DNA of 64,000 bases from a virus. The stretch is taken from the IMG/VR virus record IMGVR_UViG_3300043425_001190, positions 23,298 to 87,297 of that record; one strand, written 5' to 3'. The notes beneath the pieces were generated by a model. It made no database searches and was not told the DNA's origin. It worked only from the letters and a program-made list of their open reading frames with translations. Below, piece after piece: positions 8,787-19,907 of this stretch; positions within the stretch are counted from its first letter, which is position 1, and each line of letters opens with the position of its first letter. The position numbers were made by a program, and so were the translations under genes.

Positions 8787-9144
8787 ATACTGGGTTATGC
8801 CAATAATTCAAATCGATTTTATCACCGTTGATGAAATTGTCTCTCCACGGTGACAAAAGCAACAGGTTTTGCCCAACAACAGACCACTTACCCGGCCCAA
8901 CCTGTGGGATACTACTGAAGTATACCTCCATAGTATCAGCGATAGGGACGAAATCAAGCGGAATTTGGGTTTGTCCGGTGAGGAATGTGTGTTGTTGTTG
9001 ATGACCTTTATGGTCGCCAAGCCCGGTAAGAGCGTCTTGTACGTTGTTTTCTGGTACGTTGGCATCGGGCACAAACGACACAAGGTTTGCCTGCGTAGGT
9101 TGGTTGATCGTGACGACTGGTGGTTTTCCTGGGTGGAACGTCAT
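8785..9144 (-). CDS. hypothetical structural protein
   Basis: NNVQDAL fibre motif; coupled to upstream gene. Confidence 0.65.
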   Translation of the reverse strand: MTFHPGKPPVVTINQPTQANLVSFVPDANVPENNVQDALTGLGDHKGHQQQHTFLTGQTQIPLDFVPIADTMEVYFSSIPQVGPGKWSVVGQNLLLLSPWRDNFINGDKIDLNYWHNPV

Positions 9145-9578
9145 TAGTCAGCCCTTGCCACGTAAATGGCCGAAAAGGTTATACCGACATGACCGCCACC
9201 GACGACCTTAATCACCGGCATGACTTTGTTTACGTCCTCCGGGTCGATAATCATGCCAACCGAGGTGCCTTGGTAAACGCGAATGAAATCCTGTCCAACA
9301 CCACCAGCCATGGACACGTTTAGTGCATCATCAAACGAAAGAGTGAACTCGTTGACGATATACCCAGGTGGGACGGCCAATGTATCCATGATAGTGCCAT
9401 CGTTGGCAACTAGCAGGTTTTTAGTGAAAATCCTGGTGCATGCCGGACTTGTTGCCACCATTTTGGCTTTTGGCCTTTCACGTCCGTTTTGCACAGCACC
9501 AAGAACAAGCCAGGACTCCTTATCGGCTAGATAGGTGTCGCCAAAGTCGTCCGATACTCGTGTGGTTGGATCGCCCAT
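9144..9578 (-). CDS. hypothetical protein
   Basis: 144-aa ORF; late-motif AATAAGTA at 9600..9607 upstream. Confidence 0.65.
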   Translation of the reverse strand: MGDPTTRVSDDFGDTYLADKESWLVLGAVQNGRERPKAKMVATSPACTRIFTKNLLVANDGTIMDTLAVPPGYIVNEFTLSFDDALNVSMAGGVGQDFIRVYQGTSVGMIIDPEDVNKVMPVIKVVGGGHVGITFSAIYVARAD

Positions 9579-9605
9579 ACTTTTTATCCTTATACCTGAT
9601 ACTTA

Positions 9606-11885
9606 TTACAGGTAATTGTGGGGTGGGAATTTAGCAGTTATTGTTGGGCCTTGTACTGTGTTAGATGTGGTATATCCTTCGGTGGCCGGATCCAAATAGG
9701 CGGCTACCGCGTTTACGGCCAGGGCCTGAGCTGCAGTCCAATCAGTGTCTTTATGATACAGGTAACTGGTTGGAATCGATTCTGTTCCACGAGTAGGGTG
9801 AATCCATTGTAGGTTGAACGACCCGGTTACCGAGTCATAATCCCAGCCGTCTAACATGTAGGCGTAGAGGCCAGCTTTCAGTCGGATTTTTCTTTTTGTA
9901 GTTGGGTCAACAGCATCCACCGAAGCTTTGAAGTCGACGTTGTGCGAACCAGACCCGTGGTATAGGGTGTCGAACCCGGTAAACGTCTGTGAAGGCGTTG
10001 AGTTGATGTATTTTGTGCCGGCACTGCTTGTGCTGGCGTTATCGGCGTGAATAAGTGGATACATGTCAGTTGCCGGGTCACCTGGTTCATAACGCCACTG
10101 GTCTCCACCACCGGCCCAACCAGCTGTTTTCTTTAGGCAAAGGAACAGGCTGGCACCCTCTTCACCACCGGCAATAAACCCATAATCACCATCGTTCTTG
10201 ATGTTGATGTACCCAAAGTACCTACCCTGGATGTTATTGCTGGAAGGGTTAGCCTGGTATTTGTAGTCAGTCCCAACAGCCGGGTAGGTTGGCGATCCAG
10301 ATAACTTCGGGTTTCCTGGGAACACACAATTTGGGTAGCTGTTATACGAAAGTTTGCCGCTCTTCTTAATAACCCTTACGTTTTGTGGGGTAGCAAGCCA
10401 GTCTATTTTCAACGGCATCAGGTTTGGCAGCGATTTACCAGTACCAGACGGGAAGTTAGTGGTGCGTGATTTGTGGTAGAACATACCAATGTAACCAGGC
10501 GAGTAACCAGCATGAGCATCCTCTAGATCGTTGTCTACCTGCAGGGCATCTTCAGCGATTTTAGTAATGGTTATCTGGCCAAACCTGGTGTCGTTGTTGT
10601 CGTATTTGGCTGGGTCAGCTGTTCCAGCAGTTCCATATGACGGCCCATATGCCTCAAAGTCACCAACTCCGGTTGTCACAGTAAACGATGCGTTATGCAT
10701 GACTTTAGAATGGATAGCGAAGGAAGCTGTCTCTTCAGACACTGACAAACACATCTCAACCGGAACTACAGTTTGCATCGCGTAGGCTGTCTTTGCGGCC
10801 AGACCAGGGTTGAATACCGCCACTCTGCTTAGGTCAAAACCGCCAGTGTCTTGGTTAAACTTCGACAAAACTACAGCGGTATCATACGCGTCGTGGTTGT
10901 ACCTTGGCAGCTGTACTTGACCAGTTATGGTGTACGTTCCGGTTGGCAGTGTTATAACTGTGTACCCAGATTCGACGTTGTTTCCAACACCAACCCCAGA
11001 ATCGCCGGCAAATGTTGGGAACCCGGCTGAACCAGGGGTCCAGCCAGGAATTGATGTAGCGCCTCCGATACCCATGCCATCATTGTAAGAAGAGGTATAC
11101 GATATATCAACGTTGGCGTTGATGGCACCAGGTTTCGTGATTGTCAGTGTCTGACCAGACAAGGAGCCATCTAGCACAAGAAGCTTTTTACCGTCAAGTG
11201 TGGTCCATCCACCTGGGGTATAAACGGTTGCCGGAGTAGCTGGACCGTTTACGATATATATCGTTTCGTAGGTGTTTGTTGATTTCGCATCGCATAGAAC
11301 CACATCACCGGTCTGTAATGTGACTCCCTCGACAACGGTTCCAGATAACAGACGAGGAGCCGGGTTGCTGTTTACTAAATCCATGGCCCTTACTACGAGG
11401 TCAACCCCGTCTGGAGGGGTGATGGTGGATGTCGGGTCAGTAACAGACAAAACCTCGTCACCCTGAATGTAACAGTATGTTGGCGAGTCCACATCTCGAC
11501 TGACCGCCGCTGTTGGGGTGAACAGCTGAGAGTTAGTATTTTTCTTTGTAACAACGTGAGTTATTTTGGCACCAGGTATAGCGGCCACCATCAGGTCACT
11601 AAACCTCATCGGCATCCCCAAATCAGCCAGCCAACTGTTGTTAAGGACGTTATCCGGTAGGTAAGCCCATGTGTTTTTTGGGGTCATTATGTATGGTTTA
11701 GCGCCGTTATCCGGCTTTCTGTTTGCCAGCACCATAACAGGTGACGCACCTGAATCACCAGCCACCAACTCGAACCCGGTACCGGCTTGGTTTAGTACTA
11801 GAGAGTACCTGGTGTTTGGTGTTACAACGGACCCGTTTAGGTTTAGGTCACCCAAAACTTGCGATAGATTAAAACCGTTGGACAT
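9606..11885 (-). CDS. tail fibre/receptor-binding protein with C-terminal PA14-like domain
   Basis: fibre motif VEGVTLQTGDVVLC; C-terminal GRYFGYINIKNDGDYGF..EEGASLFL..IRLKAGLY..FNLQW resembles PA14. Confidence 0.65.
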   Translation of the reverse strand: MSNGFNLSQVLGDLNLNGSVVTPNTRYSLVLNQAGTGFELVAGDSGASPVMVLANRKPDNGAKPYIMTPKNTWAYLPDNVLNNSWLADLGMPMRFSDLMVAAIPGAKITHVVTKKNTNSQLFTPTAAVSRDVDSPTYCYIQGDEVLSVTDPTSTITPPDGVDLVVRAMDLVNSNPAPRLLSGTVVEGVTLQTGDVVLCDAKSTNTYETIYIVNGPATPATVYTPGGWTTLDGKKLLVLDGSLSGQTLTITKPGAINANVDISYTSSYNDGMGIGGATSIPGWTPGSAGFPTFAGDSGVGVGNNVESGYTVITLPTGTYTITGQVQLPRYNHDAYDTAVVLSKFNQDTGGFDLSRVAVFNPGLAAKTAYAMQTVVPVEMCLSVSEETASFAIHSKVMHNASFTVTTGVGDFEAYGPSYGTAGTADPAKYDNNDTRFGQITITKIAEDALQVDNDLEDAHAGYSPGYIGMFYHKSRTTNFPSGTGKSLPNLMPLKIDWLATPQNVRVIKKSGKLSYNSYPNCVFPGNPKLSGSPTYPAVGTDYKYQANPSSNNIQGRYFGYINIKNDGDYGFIAGGEEGASLFLCLKKTAGWAGGGDQWRYEPGDPATDMYPLIHADNASTSSAGTKYINSTPSQTFTGFDTLYHGSGSHNVDFKASVDAVDPTTKRKIRLKAGLYAYMLDGWDYDSVTGSFNLQWIHPTRGTESIPTSYLYHKDTDWTAAQALAVNAVAAYLDPATEGYTTSNTVQGPTITAKFPPHNYL

Positions 11886-12241
11886 TAGTTGATTCCCGAG
11901 TTGATTTCAGATTGTTCCATGGATTCAAAGGCTAACTGGGCTTGGTCAATAGCCATGTCTAAAAGTGTACACACGTCATCTTTCGATATAGTAACCCAGC
12001 TGTTGGTGTGGGTCCTCCATCTGAATGACTGTCTGGTTCTTGACATACTTGCCACGGCGAAAGCCACAAAGTCTACCGAAAATAAATTTCCGTTGTATGA
12101 AATTGGGGTGTTTACTGCCGACAACCTTGAGTCCTTCATAGACTGGGTAATAATGAAAGACATAATCGTTTCGCGTGACGAATCTAGTTTAACGGTTGTT
12201 AAACTGTCGTTGCTCTGTAGAACTAAGTTTGGTTGGCTCAT
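11885..12241 (-). CDS. DUF4376-like tail fibre-associated protein
   Basis: ISYNGNLFSVD, FRWRTHTNSWVTI pattern; lies between fibre genes. Confidence 0.6.
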   Translation of the reverse strand: MSQPNLVLQSNDSLTTVKLDSSRETIMSFIITQSMKDSRLSAVNTPISYNGNLFSVDFVAFAVASMSRTRQSFRWRTHTNSWVTISKDDVCTLLDMAIDQAQLAFESMEQSEINSGIN

Positions 12242-12242
12242 A

Positions 12243-14084
12243 TTACCACTTTGTGATTTCTATGTTGCCACCGGTAAAGGTGGTTGCTGGGTTTAGGAAG
12301 AAGATTCTAACACCGTATATGGCGGACGTTGTTTTTACATAACGTGAGTACTGGGAAGAATACCCGTTCATTCTTGTATCACCGCCGTTTACGTTATCGT
12401 GTGTGCCAACCGAGTCACGGTATGAGAACGAAGTCATTACCGGCTGAAAGTCGTTTCCGTCGGTTGGTAGTGGTATCTTCATCTCACCATATATGCCATA
12501 TCCTAGTTTTGCAGTATCCTGCAGAACAAACCCGGTGATGAACGACCCGTTTGTTGGGTAAACAGACCCGGTGATTGGGTTTCCGTTACTGTCGATTGCC
12601 TGTATAACCAGGTTATCGTCGGCATTACCGGACACACCGTTAAACTTAACCTTTAAACCGCTTATCAACTCGCTGTACTGAGTTGTTGAAAGGTAAATGT
12701 CGACAATGGCCGAGCCTGGTACAATGTCCTTTTTAATCAAAGGGGTGAACGGGTCTTCGTAAAATCCGTAGTATTTGGTTTTAACGATTGTGGCGGTGTT
12801 GTCTCTAATATGCCAAACACCGTCACCAGATGAGAATGCAACAACACTGTTTGAACCCGCAGTGACAGCCGTAAACGTTAATTCTGCCGTATCCGAGTCA
12901 TCGTCAGACAAGAATTCACCGTCTAAGCCACCGTACTCGGCGTACCAACCTGAGGCGGGTTTAACCAAAACCGTTGTACCATCACCGGAACGCCTAACAG
13001 TAACATTTTCACCATCGTTCATAGAGTGAAGCTGGACGGTAACCCCAGTGGCGGTTACTAATATCAGCTTGCCTGCATAACTTGGGTCAGTAGTTATGGT
13101 GGCCCCAGGGGTGGAGGCCAAAACAACCCCCTTATACCCGGTAAAGTCGGTGGTTCCTGTGTTTTTAAAACCAACAACGTTAACAATGTCGATATAATCG
13201 TCAACGGACCGGTTTAGTGTGGCTGCCAAGGTGATGCTGTTAGGACCGGATTCTGAGTATTGGTCAGGTCCAAGTTTCTTACCGTTTTGGAATACAAACA
13301 GCGTACCGTCTCCGGGAACGTATGTTCCGCTAACCAGTGTTATAACCAGCGAACCGGAGTCTTCACCGGTTGCAATGGTGTGGCTGTCTCTCCACGGCTG
13401 TGAGTATCCAGCTATTGTTGAGATTGTAACATTGCCCGCTGAAGGAGACAAGAACGCTCTCTGATCAACAAAGTCGGCATCGGTGAATACATTACCTGAA
13501 CCTGGGTCGATAACTTTAACCTTGCAAATGTAAACACCGAGTGTGGTAGACGATGGATCAGCGTACGAAATCTCTGGTGACAACACGTTGTTTTCCATAC
13601 AGATGTAAACAAACGATCCTGGGGTTGCGGATGGTGGAGCGTCTACCAGAATTTCATCCGAAGAAGAATACTGGTTTAATACCGCTTTGGTGTTGTCGCC
13701 GAATGACTTCCAGTTGCCACGGCCAATACGCAGCTTACCGTTAGCCATTACCACCGGGCGAAGCATATCAACGTTTCTCTCGTTGATAGTACTGGCCATG
13801 AATTTACCGTCATCACCAACACCACCAGTTTTCTGGCGTAGTATTGTGGTTGGGGTGTAGGCCCCGTTAGTGGTCGGGTCACCGGATAGCTGTGCGGAAT
13901 GACTGCTAGCATCTGGCCCAACGTCAACCAGATCGGCCAGGGTCATAGCGTTGACGTAGTCACGGATATCAAGCGTGTTCTGCAAAAGCTTCTGGTGCGG
14001 CCTGTTCGAGTTGGTTGCCACTACTAATTCGTTAGCACGTACGTTGACTTTATCACGCGAAGGGTTCGTAAGGATAAGTGGCAT
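12243..14084 (-). CDS. baseplate-attached fibre/structural protein
   Basis: N-terminal NELVVATNSNRPHQKLLQN fibre-anchor-like motif, LFVFQNG Ig-like repeat; late motif at 14106..14113. Confidence 0.65.
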   Translation of the reverse strand: MPLILTNPSRDKVNVRANELVVATNSNRPHQKLLQNTLDIRDYVNAMTLADLVDVGPDASSHSAQLSGDPTTNGAYTPTTILRQKTGGVGDDGKFMASTINERNVDMLRPVVMANGKLRIGRGNWKSFGDNTKAVLNQYSSSDEILVDAPPSATPGSFVYICMENNVLSPEISYADPSSTTLGVYICKVKVIDPGSGNVFTDADFVDQRAFLSPSAGNVTISTIAGYSQPWRDSHTIATGEDSGSLVITLVSGTYVPGDGTLFVFQNGKKLGPDQYSESGPNSITLAATLNRSVDDYIDIVNVVGFKNTGTTDFTGYKGVVLASTPGATITTDPSYAGKLILVTATGVTVQLHSMNDGENVTVRRSGDGTTVLVKPASGWYAEYGGLDGEFLSDDDSDTAELTFTAVTAGSNSVVAFSSGDGVWHIRDNTATIVKTKYYGFYEDPFTPLIKKDIVPGSAIVDIYLSTTQYSELISGLKVKFNGVSGNADDNLVIQAIDSNGNPITGSVYPTNGSFITGFVLQDTAKLGYGIYGEMKIPLPTDGNDFQPVMTSFSYRDSVGTHDNVNGGDTRMNGYSSQYSRYVKTTSAIYGVRIFFLNPATTFTGGNIEITKW

Positions 14085-14118
14085 GGTATTTGTTCCTATA
14101 TGCGGTATTTATTTCAGG

Positions 14119-17100
14119 TTATAGTAGGCAAGCACCAGACGATGTTGGCGGGATCGATTCTGTCGGGTTGACCCAAACGATATTTCTCAGAACAGATGTT
14201 GCCGGTTTGACGTATTCCACCATCTCTTTGATAGTAGCCTCAATATGCCTTTTCATTTCGTATTTTTCAGTTCCTGGTAATGGGTCTACTGAGTCGCCGG
14301 ACAACTCGGAGCTGAAACCAAAATTCTTAATTTTGATATCGAACAGCCCAGATTTTCTGGCTTTTTCGTTGTAGAAGTACCATTTGGCCACTCTTTCAAC
14401 AAGAGGGTGCTTGAACGAAGCGTTGGTGTCGTACAGGATGAAATAAAGCGAATCATACAACTTGGCGCGGTAATACCGTCTAGTGTTGACCAGACCACCG
14501 CTAACCATTGATTCAGGCAGATAATAACTGGTGTCGTTTGTGAAGGTAAACATGTTTTTCAGCGAGGTGGCGTTGTACTTGATCTCGTTGGTTAGGTAGT
14601 CAACGTCTGATCCAAGGTTGATAAAACAGGCCAGGTTGAAATAATGGTTTGTTGTACCGTTGTCAAGGTCTGTAAACGTGTATCCGCCTGAAGTGGTACC
14701 AGACATACCCATGTTGTTGGCGTCATCCCAGTAGGCAAATGTGTCAATCGGCATCGGGGTAACACCATCTCCAGAGAAGGTATCAACTAACTTTGGTACC
14801 GGGGCCATAATAAGGGCTAACAACTCGTCATTGATGGTGAAGTCAATAACCTTTAGACGTTGCGATTTAAACGACTGCTCTTTTTCTACCGACCCAGCAC
14901 CGTTGATGCCGACACCGTTGTACTGATAGTACTTGTATGTGAAATCATACTCAGACTCATTAGCATAATCCATGGTTGGTGCGGTCACCAGTTTTTTAAG
15001 GAGAATTGCTGTAGTGTAGTCGTCTAGCCCGGAGTACAAGGTATCGTTGTCCGCAACATTAAACATCAAAATACCATCTCCGTTGACCTGGTTTACCACC
15101 AGACCAACAAACCCAACCACAGCTGGGGTGATCCACGCCGGCAGATCCTCAACCGCGTTGCCATATTTTTGTGAACAACGTGACACATAGTAGTTTGGTG
15201 ATGGACCAGTTACTAGGGCAAACCCTGGGTAGGTTGACGGGAATACATCACATGCCACCACTGATCCGGTCACTGTGTTCGAGCACAGGGTGGCCCATAC
15301 GTGGTTTTCCGGTCGGTACAACTGATACTGATACTGGTTGCCAAGTTTCGTAACAAACGTGTAACCATTTGACTCGTTGTCAACACGACCACAAACAAAC
15401 TCTCTGGCTCCTGTAGACTGGGCACCACCAGAAATAGGTCCGTTCGACCCAAGTTTGTAAAAGTATACCTGTTTATTGAACGTGGTGATCATTAGCGAGT
15501 CTGAGACTACGGCCACATCAGAAATCATACCTTGGAGGTTGTTTCCTCCGTATGTGATTGCCGGCAGAACCCAAATGCCGATGTTACTACCGGCCTCTTC
15601 GTTCTTCATTAAAAGAACACCGCTTGACGGAGTGTTAAAGTATCCTGACTCAGTACCACTGGCTACAATACCATCACCAGTGACGTTGAATAAGTTACAG
15701 GTTAAGATGTACTTGTTGCCGAAAGCATCGGAATCAAACTGTTTTATTGGGTGGTGCTGGTATGCCGAGGCTGCGGTAGAACCCCACTCACCATTTCTTG
15801 GGGTGGGGCAAATATGATTTTCGCCTGTGGCCTCTTCGTTGGTCAGGTACGGGATTCTTTCCTGGAAGTCGTTATAAATGTCATCTGATCCAGATACCTC
15901 TTCATCAAACAGGTATTTCAACACCCCCTGGTTATTAAAGGTGAAGTAGTGATAGGTATCATCAACCTCAAACTGGTCTAGGGCGTTCTGCAAAGTGGCG
16001 GCTGTGCCACGAGTATTTGAAACAAAATCGCTGTAGTTGGCGTATATTCCTTCAATCCCCAGCTTGATAGCCTCCTCGTACGATGGCTCTGGCATGGCAT
16101 CCCAACTGACTTTATCAACACCAACAGAACGGTACCGGTGATAGCCTTTAGTAGTAGAAATGGTGTCGTTTCCGATAGTGGCGATTTCAACACCGTGTCT
16201 TCCGTCTAAGCTTGGAGTACCGCTAACGCCAATATCGGCATCAGCGTAGGCTGAGGTCCACATATGTGATGCCGTTCCATAACCGTTTTGGTATCTGTCA
16301 ACCGGGTACGGATACGACGGGTGGCCGGTATACTGGCCATCGACTACCGCTTCATCAAACGGAGAACCAGTAACAACGAAGCCGGTATCTGATCCGGCGT
16401 ACGGGTCTACGAACGGAATGATGAGATCTTTTATAGTTTTCTGCCACGCCAAATCGGAGTCGGCATACTCTGGCATTTCGTGTTTTGATCTGTACCGGTT
16501 ATAGACATCGTTTAACCCAGGTTCCTCAACGATTGGGTTCAGGAACGCAGCTTCATCACCAGAGAAATAATTCCACGGGTCGGCAAGATCAACCACCTCG
16601 ACGTCGAAGCCGTTATTCACCACATCTTGGGTCTGGCCCCTACCGTAGAAGTTATATGCGCCTTGGACAGCGGAAATACCAACGTTGTTGTTTCCATAAT
16701 CCGTCATCTCACGCAGGATGTAGTCCCTAAACAAAAGTTCAATGGCCCGCTTTGAACCCTTATTCTGCATGCGAATCACGGTTAGCATTAGGAACTTTCT
16801 ATGCCATTTGGTTTTGTTGATAATGTAAACCAGACGGTCTTCGAAGATGGCGTACTTCTCGCCGCCAGTGGACGCCACCGGGAATTCAAGACCAAGGATT
16901 TGTGCCGCAATGACGCCGTCATCTGTTAAGTCGTCACCACCATCAACAATATATGAAGTGATCAGCTCGTAGATGGTTTTAACGCCGTCGGACACAACAT
17001 CGGTTTCGCATCCGATGGTATAGGCGGCTGAAGTTGGAACAATCGCCTCAGCTTCTAATACCAGATCGCCGTTATTAATCATGTCGGCAACGATAGACGA

Positions 17101-17496
17101 CGAGTAGTCATAGCCTGATGAACCAGAAACAGTGACGTTGGTTGCGGTAGTAACCGACTGTTCTGAAACAGCAGTGGTGTAGTAGTTGAACATTTTTAAT
17201 AGGTCAGACTGTACGGTGCCGGTGATATCCAACGATTCAAACCCACAGGTGTCAAAGTTGGTAACGCCAATCGATCTGGCAATAATCGGCAAAAATCTGA
17301 CGTCACACTGTTCGGTGTCGGAGACATTTTTAACATGTCCGGACGTCACGGCGTAGATGTCATTGAACTGACCTTCGATGGCTTCGATCAGTTTGAAAAT
17401 GTCAGAGTTGGCCGGCACATGCTTCGGTATGATTTCCCGGAAGAAGTTGGCGAATCCGGTGAAAGTTCTGTTAGTGCTTTCCATGACTGACTCCAT
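14119..17496 (-). CDS. large baseplate wedge protein (gp7-like / P2 gpI-like N-terminus)
   Basis: CDVRFLPIIARSIG, NKGSKRAIELLF, C-terminal VEYVKPATS; directly follows gp6. Confidence 0.65.
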   Translation of the reverse strand: MESVMESTNRTFTGFANFFREIIPKHVPANSDIFKLIEAIEGQFNDIYAVTSGHVKNVSDTEQCDVRFLPIIARSIGVTNFDTCGFESLDITGTVQSDLLKMFNYYTTAVSEQSVTTATNVTVSGSSGYDYSSSIVADMINNGDLVLEAEAIVPTSAAYTIGCETDVVSDGVKTIYELITSYIVDGGDDLTDDGVIAAQILGLEFPVASTGGEKYAIFEDRLVYIINKTKWHRKFLMLTVIRMQNKGSKRAIELLFRDYILREMTDYGNNNVGISAVQGAYNFYGRGQTQDVVNNGFDVEVVDLADPWNYFSGDEAAFLNPIVEEPGLNDVYNRYRSKHEMPEYADSDLAWQKTIKDLIIPFVDPYAGSDTGFVVTGSPFDEAVVDGQYTGHPSYPYPVDRYQNGYGTASHMWTSAYADADIGVSGTPSLDGRHGVEIATIGNDTISTTKGYHRYRSVGVDKVSWDAMPEPSYEEAIKLGIEGIYANYSDFVSNTRGTAATLQNALDQFEVDDTYHYFTFNNQGVLKYLFDEEVSGSDDIYNDFQERIPYLTNEEATGENHICPTPRNGEWGSTAASAYQHHPIKQFDSDAFGNKYILTCNLFNVTGDGIVASGTESGYFNTPSSGVLLMKNEEAGSNIGIWVLPAITYGGNNLQGMISDVAVVSDSLMITTFNKQVYFYKLGSNGPISGGAQSTGAREFVCGRVDNESNGYTFVTKLGNQYQYQLYRPENHVWATLCSNTVTGSVVACDVFPSTYPGFALVTGPSPNYYVSRCSQKYGNAVEDLPAWITPAVVGFVGLVVNQVNGDGILMFNVADNDTLYSGLDDYTTAILLKKLVTAPTMDYANESEYDFTYKYYQYNGVGINGAGSVEKEQSFKSQRLKVIDFTINDELLALIMAPVPKLVDTFSGDGVTPMPIDTFAYWDDANNMGMSGTTSGGYTFTDLDNGTTNHYFNLACFINLGSDVDYLTNEIKYNATSLKNMFTFTNDTSYYLPESMVSGGLVNTRRYYRAKLYDSLYFILYDTNASFKHPLVERVAKWYFYNEKARKSGLFDIKIKNFGFSSELSGDSVDPLPGTEKYEMKRHIEATIKEMVEYVKPATSVLRNIVWVNPTESIPPTSSGACLL

Positions 17497-19397
17497 TAGT
17501 ATTCTACGAACCCGATACTATCTACTGTGTTGGTAGCAACGTTGATGTTGTTAATGGAGTATGCCCCAGGAACCACTTCGGCAGTTGATAGACGGTAGAA
17601 CTCAAATTTAGCAAGACGTTTGTCAAAGTTGATGATTTCGCTGTTTGGTGGTGGCACCAGATTGTAATCACCTGAGGTAAACAAAGCGTTGTTGCCAGTG
17701 ACGTCACCGGCAGTGAAGTTTCTTCCCTTCTTGACCACAATACTCATATACTCAATCCGTTCAACCCCAGGGATTCCAAGGATTTTGGTCTTCATGTCAG
17801 AGAAGTTGATGGTACCACCAAGTTTGGCGTTGGCGAAAGATAGCGAGTCACGAATGATGGCATCGATGCTGCTGTTGATCTGGGTGATTGAAACAAGCGA
17901 GGCCGGGTTTTTCTTCACCGAAACGTATGGAATGCAGTTCACGTACACCGGGTCTGTAATAATAACTTCGGCGGTGGCGGCCTTAATATCTTTAATTTTG
18001 CGAACGATGCGTTCAACCACCGGGTGTGTTACATACTGGCCAACAGACGGAACCGAGACAACGTAGATGTTGTTGGTATCGCACGAATCCATTTGTAGAA
18101 CGTTGGATTCAGAGAACCGTAGTTTACCGATAGTGAACACCGATTTTGGGTCTTCGATGCCGTAACCACCGGTATCGTAATACTGGGCCATGTAGGTGGT
18201 CATGTATTCCCAGTTGTTCATCGGGTATGAGTCGTGGAGAACAGAAGAGAAGTTGGCGTCGAAGTATGCGGCGTAGTCACCGATAGAGTTTAGCGATCCC
18301 TGGGTGCTGAAGGTCTTTGGAGCGTTTGATCTGATCTCTGAAACGGTTTCTGGCAGACCACCAAGAGATGATTGTTCAGGCTGCGATACCATCAGCTTGA
18401 TTGGGTCCAGGGTTGTTTCAATTTCAGTTTTTATGAAATCAGATGACGCAACCGGGTATGTGATTCCGTTAATATCAACGTAGTGTGGCAACGACGGACC
18501 GGTGGCAACTTCATGGTACCTGGAGTCAAGCTCGTTGATAGTATTGGTTCCAGTTAAGAATCCTGGTCCGATCTTACCAAACAAATGGTCGGATACTAAC
18601 CGGTAAACCTTAATGGCCTGGTCGCCGATCTTTGGAATAGCCCCGTTTACCCCGTCGCCGAAGGTTACTTCGTATTGTCTATACTCGTTGAGCCGGACTT
18701 CAAACACCTGGTCCTCGGGGCCGGCAAGGTAAAGCGAATCGGTTCTCGCCCATTGTTCGTATTTGGCTGTAAGACCGTTGTAAACGTAAACATCAACAAA
18801 GCCATCGCCGATCTTTTTACCGGTTGATGGTTGTACAAGTTTGATTTTTTGTAAAGCAGATCCGTTGGACGCCGAATTGATTCTTTCATAATACCCGTTA
18901 ACCAATGATAAACGTTTGGTGAAGGTGAATTTTACCCCATCTGGGAGGTCCACGCCATCATCACCGAAGCTGAAATATATGTCTTCAAAAGTTGAATAGT
19001 ATAAATCATCACCAGTGGAGACGTTCTTGGCTGTGGATTTGAAACTGGTGTAGCGTGGGATAACCAGGGTTGGGCTGATATTACTATCTGATAGATAGAC
19101 GGTAAGATCACAATCTACTAGCGGGGCGATGTGACCCTTTGGGATGTATGATAGTGTCTTGGCTAGGGCCACGGCGTTTTCATACATCTTAGTTTTGTCT
19201 AGGTGGCTTTCCGATGCGGCGGCATTGCTCATGTAGCCAAGTAATTCTACACCATACGAAATCTGTCTCAGTAGCGATGACAGATAACTGCCTTCGCTGT
19301 TGTTGTCTCTGAAGGTGTCGCTATCAGCGACATCCGACCGCATTTTAGCCAGGATTTGATCGAAGTCCTGGTTAAGCATTTTAATGTCGTTGGCCAT
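17496..19397 (-). CDS. baseplate wedge subunit gp6
   Basis: DFDQI, FRDNNSEGSYLSSLL, LAKTLSYIPK, VTFGDGVNGAIP, GGLPETVSEIRSNAP. Confidence 0.9.
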   Translation of the reverse strand: MANDIKMLNQDFDQILAKMRSDVADSDTFRDNNSEGSYLSSLLRQISYGVELLGYMSNAAASESHLDKTKMYENAVALAKTLSYIPKGHIAPLVDCDLTVYLSDSNISPTLVIPRYTSFKSTAKNVSTGDDLYYSTFEDIYFSFGDDGVDLPDGVKFTFTKRLSLVNGYYERINSASNGSALQKIKLVQPSTGKKIGDGFVDVYVYNGLTAKYEQWARTDSLYLAGPEDQVFEVRLNEYRQYEVTFGDGVNGAIPKIGDQAIKVYRLVSDHLFGKIGPGFLTGTNTINELDSRYHEVATGPSLPHYVDINGITYPVASSDFIKTEIETTLDPIKLMVSQPEQSSLGGLPETVSEIRSNAPKTFSTQGSLNSIGDYAAYFDANFSSVLHDSYPMNNWEYMTTYMAQYYDTGGYGIEDPKSVFTIGKLRFSESNVLQMDSCDTNNIYVVSVPSVGQYVTHPVVERIVRKIKDIKAATAEVIITDPVYVNCIPYVSVKKNPASLVSITQINSSIDAIIRDSLSFANAKLGGTINFSDMKTKILGIPGVERIEYMSIVVKKGRNFTAGDVTGNNALFTSGDYNLVPPPNSEIINFDKRLAKFEFYRLSTAEVVPGAYSINNINVATNTVDSIGFVEY

Positions 19398-19436
19398 CTG
19401 TATACCTCGGTTATGGGTATACTTATGGAGAAGAAC

Positions 19437-19907
19437 TTACGCTTTGCTGATCGAAATGCCGCTTATTGAAACGTCCCTGTTCAACGCTCTGACAGTAACT
19501 TTGATGTCAATCAACCACCGGTTTCCATTAATGTCGGGGAACACGGATATGTTTGGTGCCGATACCCTTTTCTCCCATCTGGTGATGGCGTCTTTGATGG
19601 TTGCCCCTAAAATAGAAGCGTTGGCATCACTTACGACCATTTTGAAAATATACTGGTCTAGGTCGCACCCAAACTCTGGAAGGTGCACCATCTCACCAGG
19701 TTTAGTATATAGGATGTTCATGATAGAACGAATCACCGCACGTTCATCTTTAAGTGTCTCTATATCACCAGTTGGGTTGAACTTGCCCATGTTAATCATG
19801 TCAAGGTCCGACCAGGTAACGTCGACCGACTGCGGGTCTTTGGCCGATGAGGCGGTTGGGTCGGTTACTACATATCTAATGTTTACCGAGCTTAAATCGT
19901 ATCTCAT
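19437..19907 (-). CDS. baseplate wedge subunit gp25
   Basis: SDLD, AVIRSIMNILYTKPGE..LPEFGCDL, ITRWEKRV. Confidence 0.88.
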   Translation of the reverse strand: MRYDLSSVNIRYVVTDPTASSAKDPQSVDVTWSDLDMINMGKFNPTGDIETLKDERAVIRSIMNILYTKPGEMVHLPEFGCDLDQYIFKMVVSDANASILGATIKDAITRWEKRVSAPNISVFPDINGNRWLIDIKVTVRALNRDVSISGISISKA

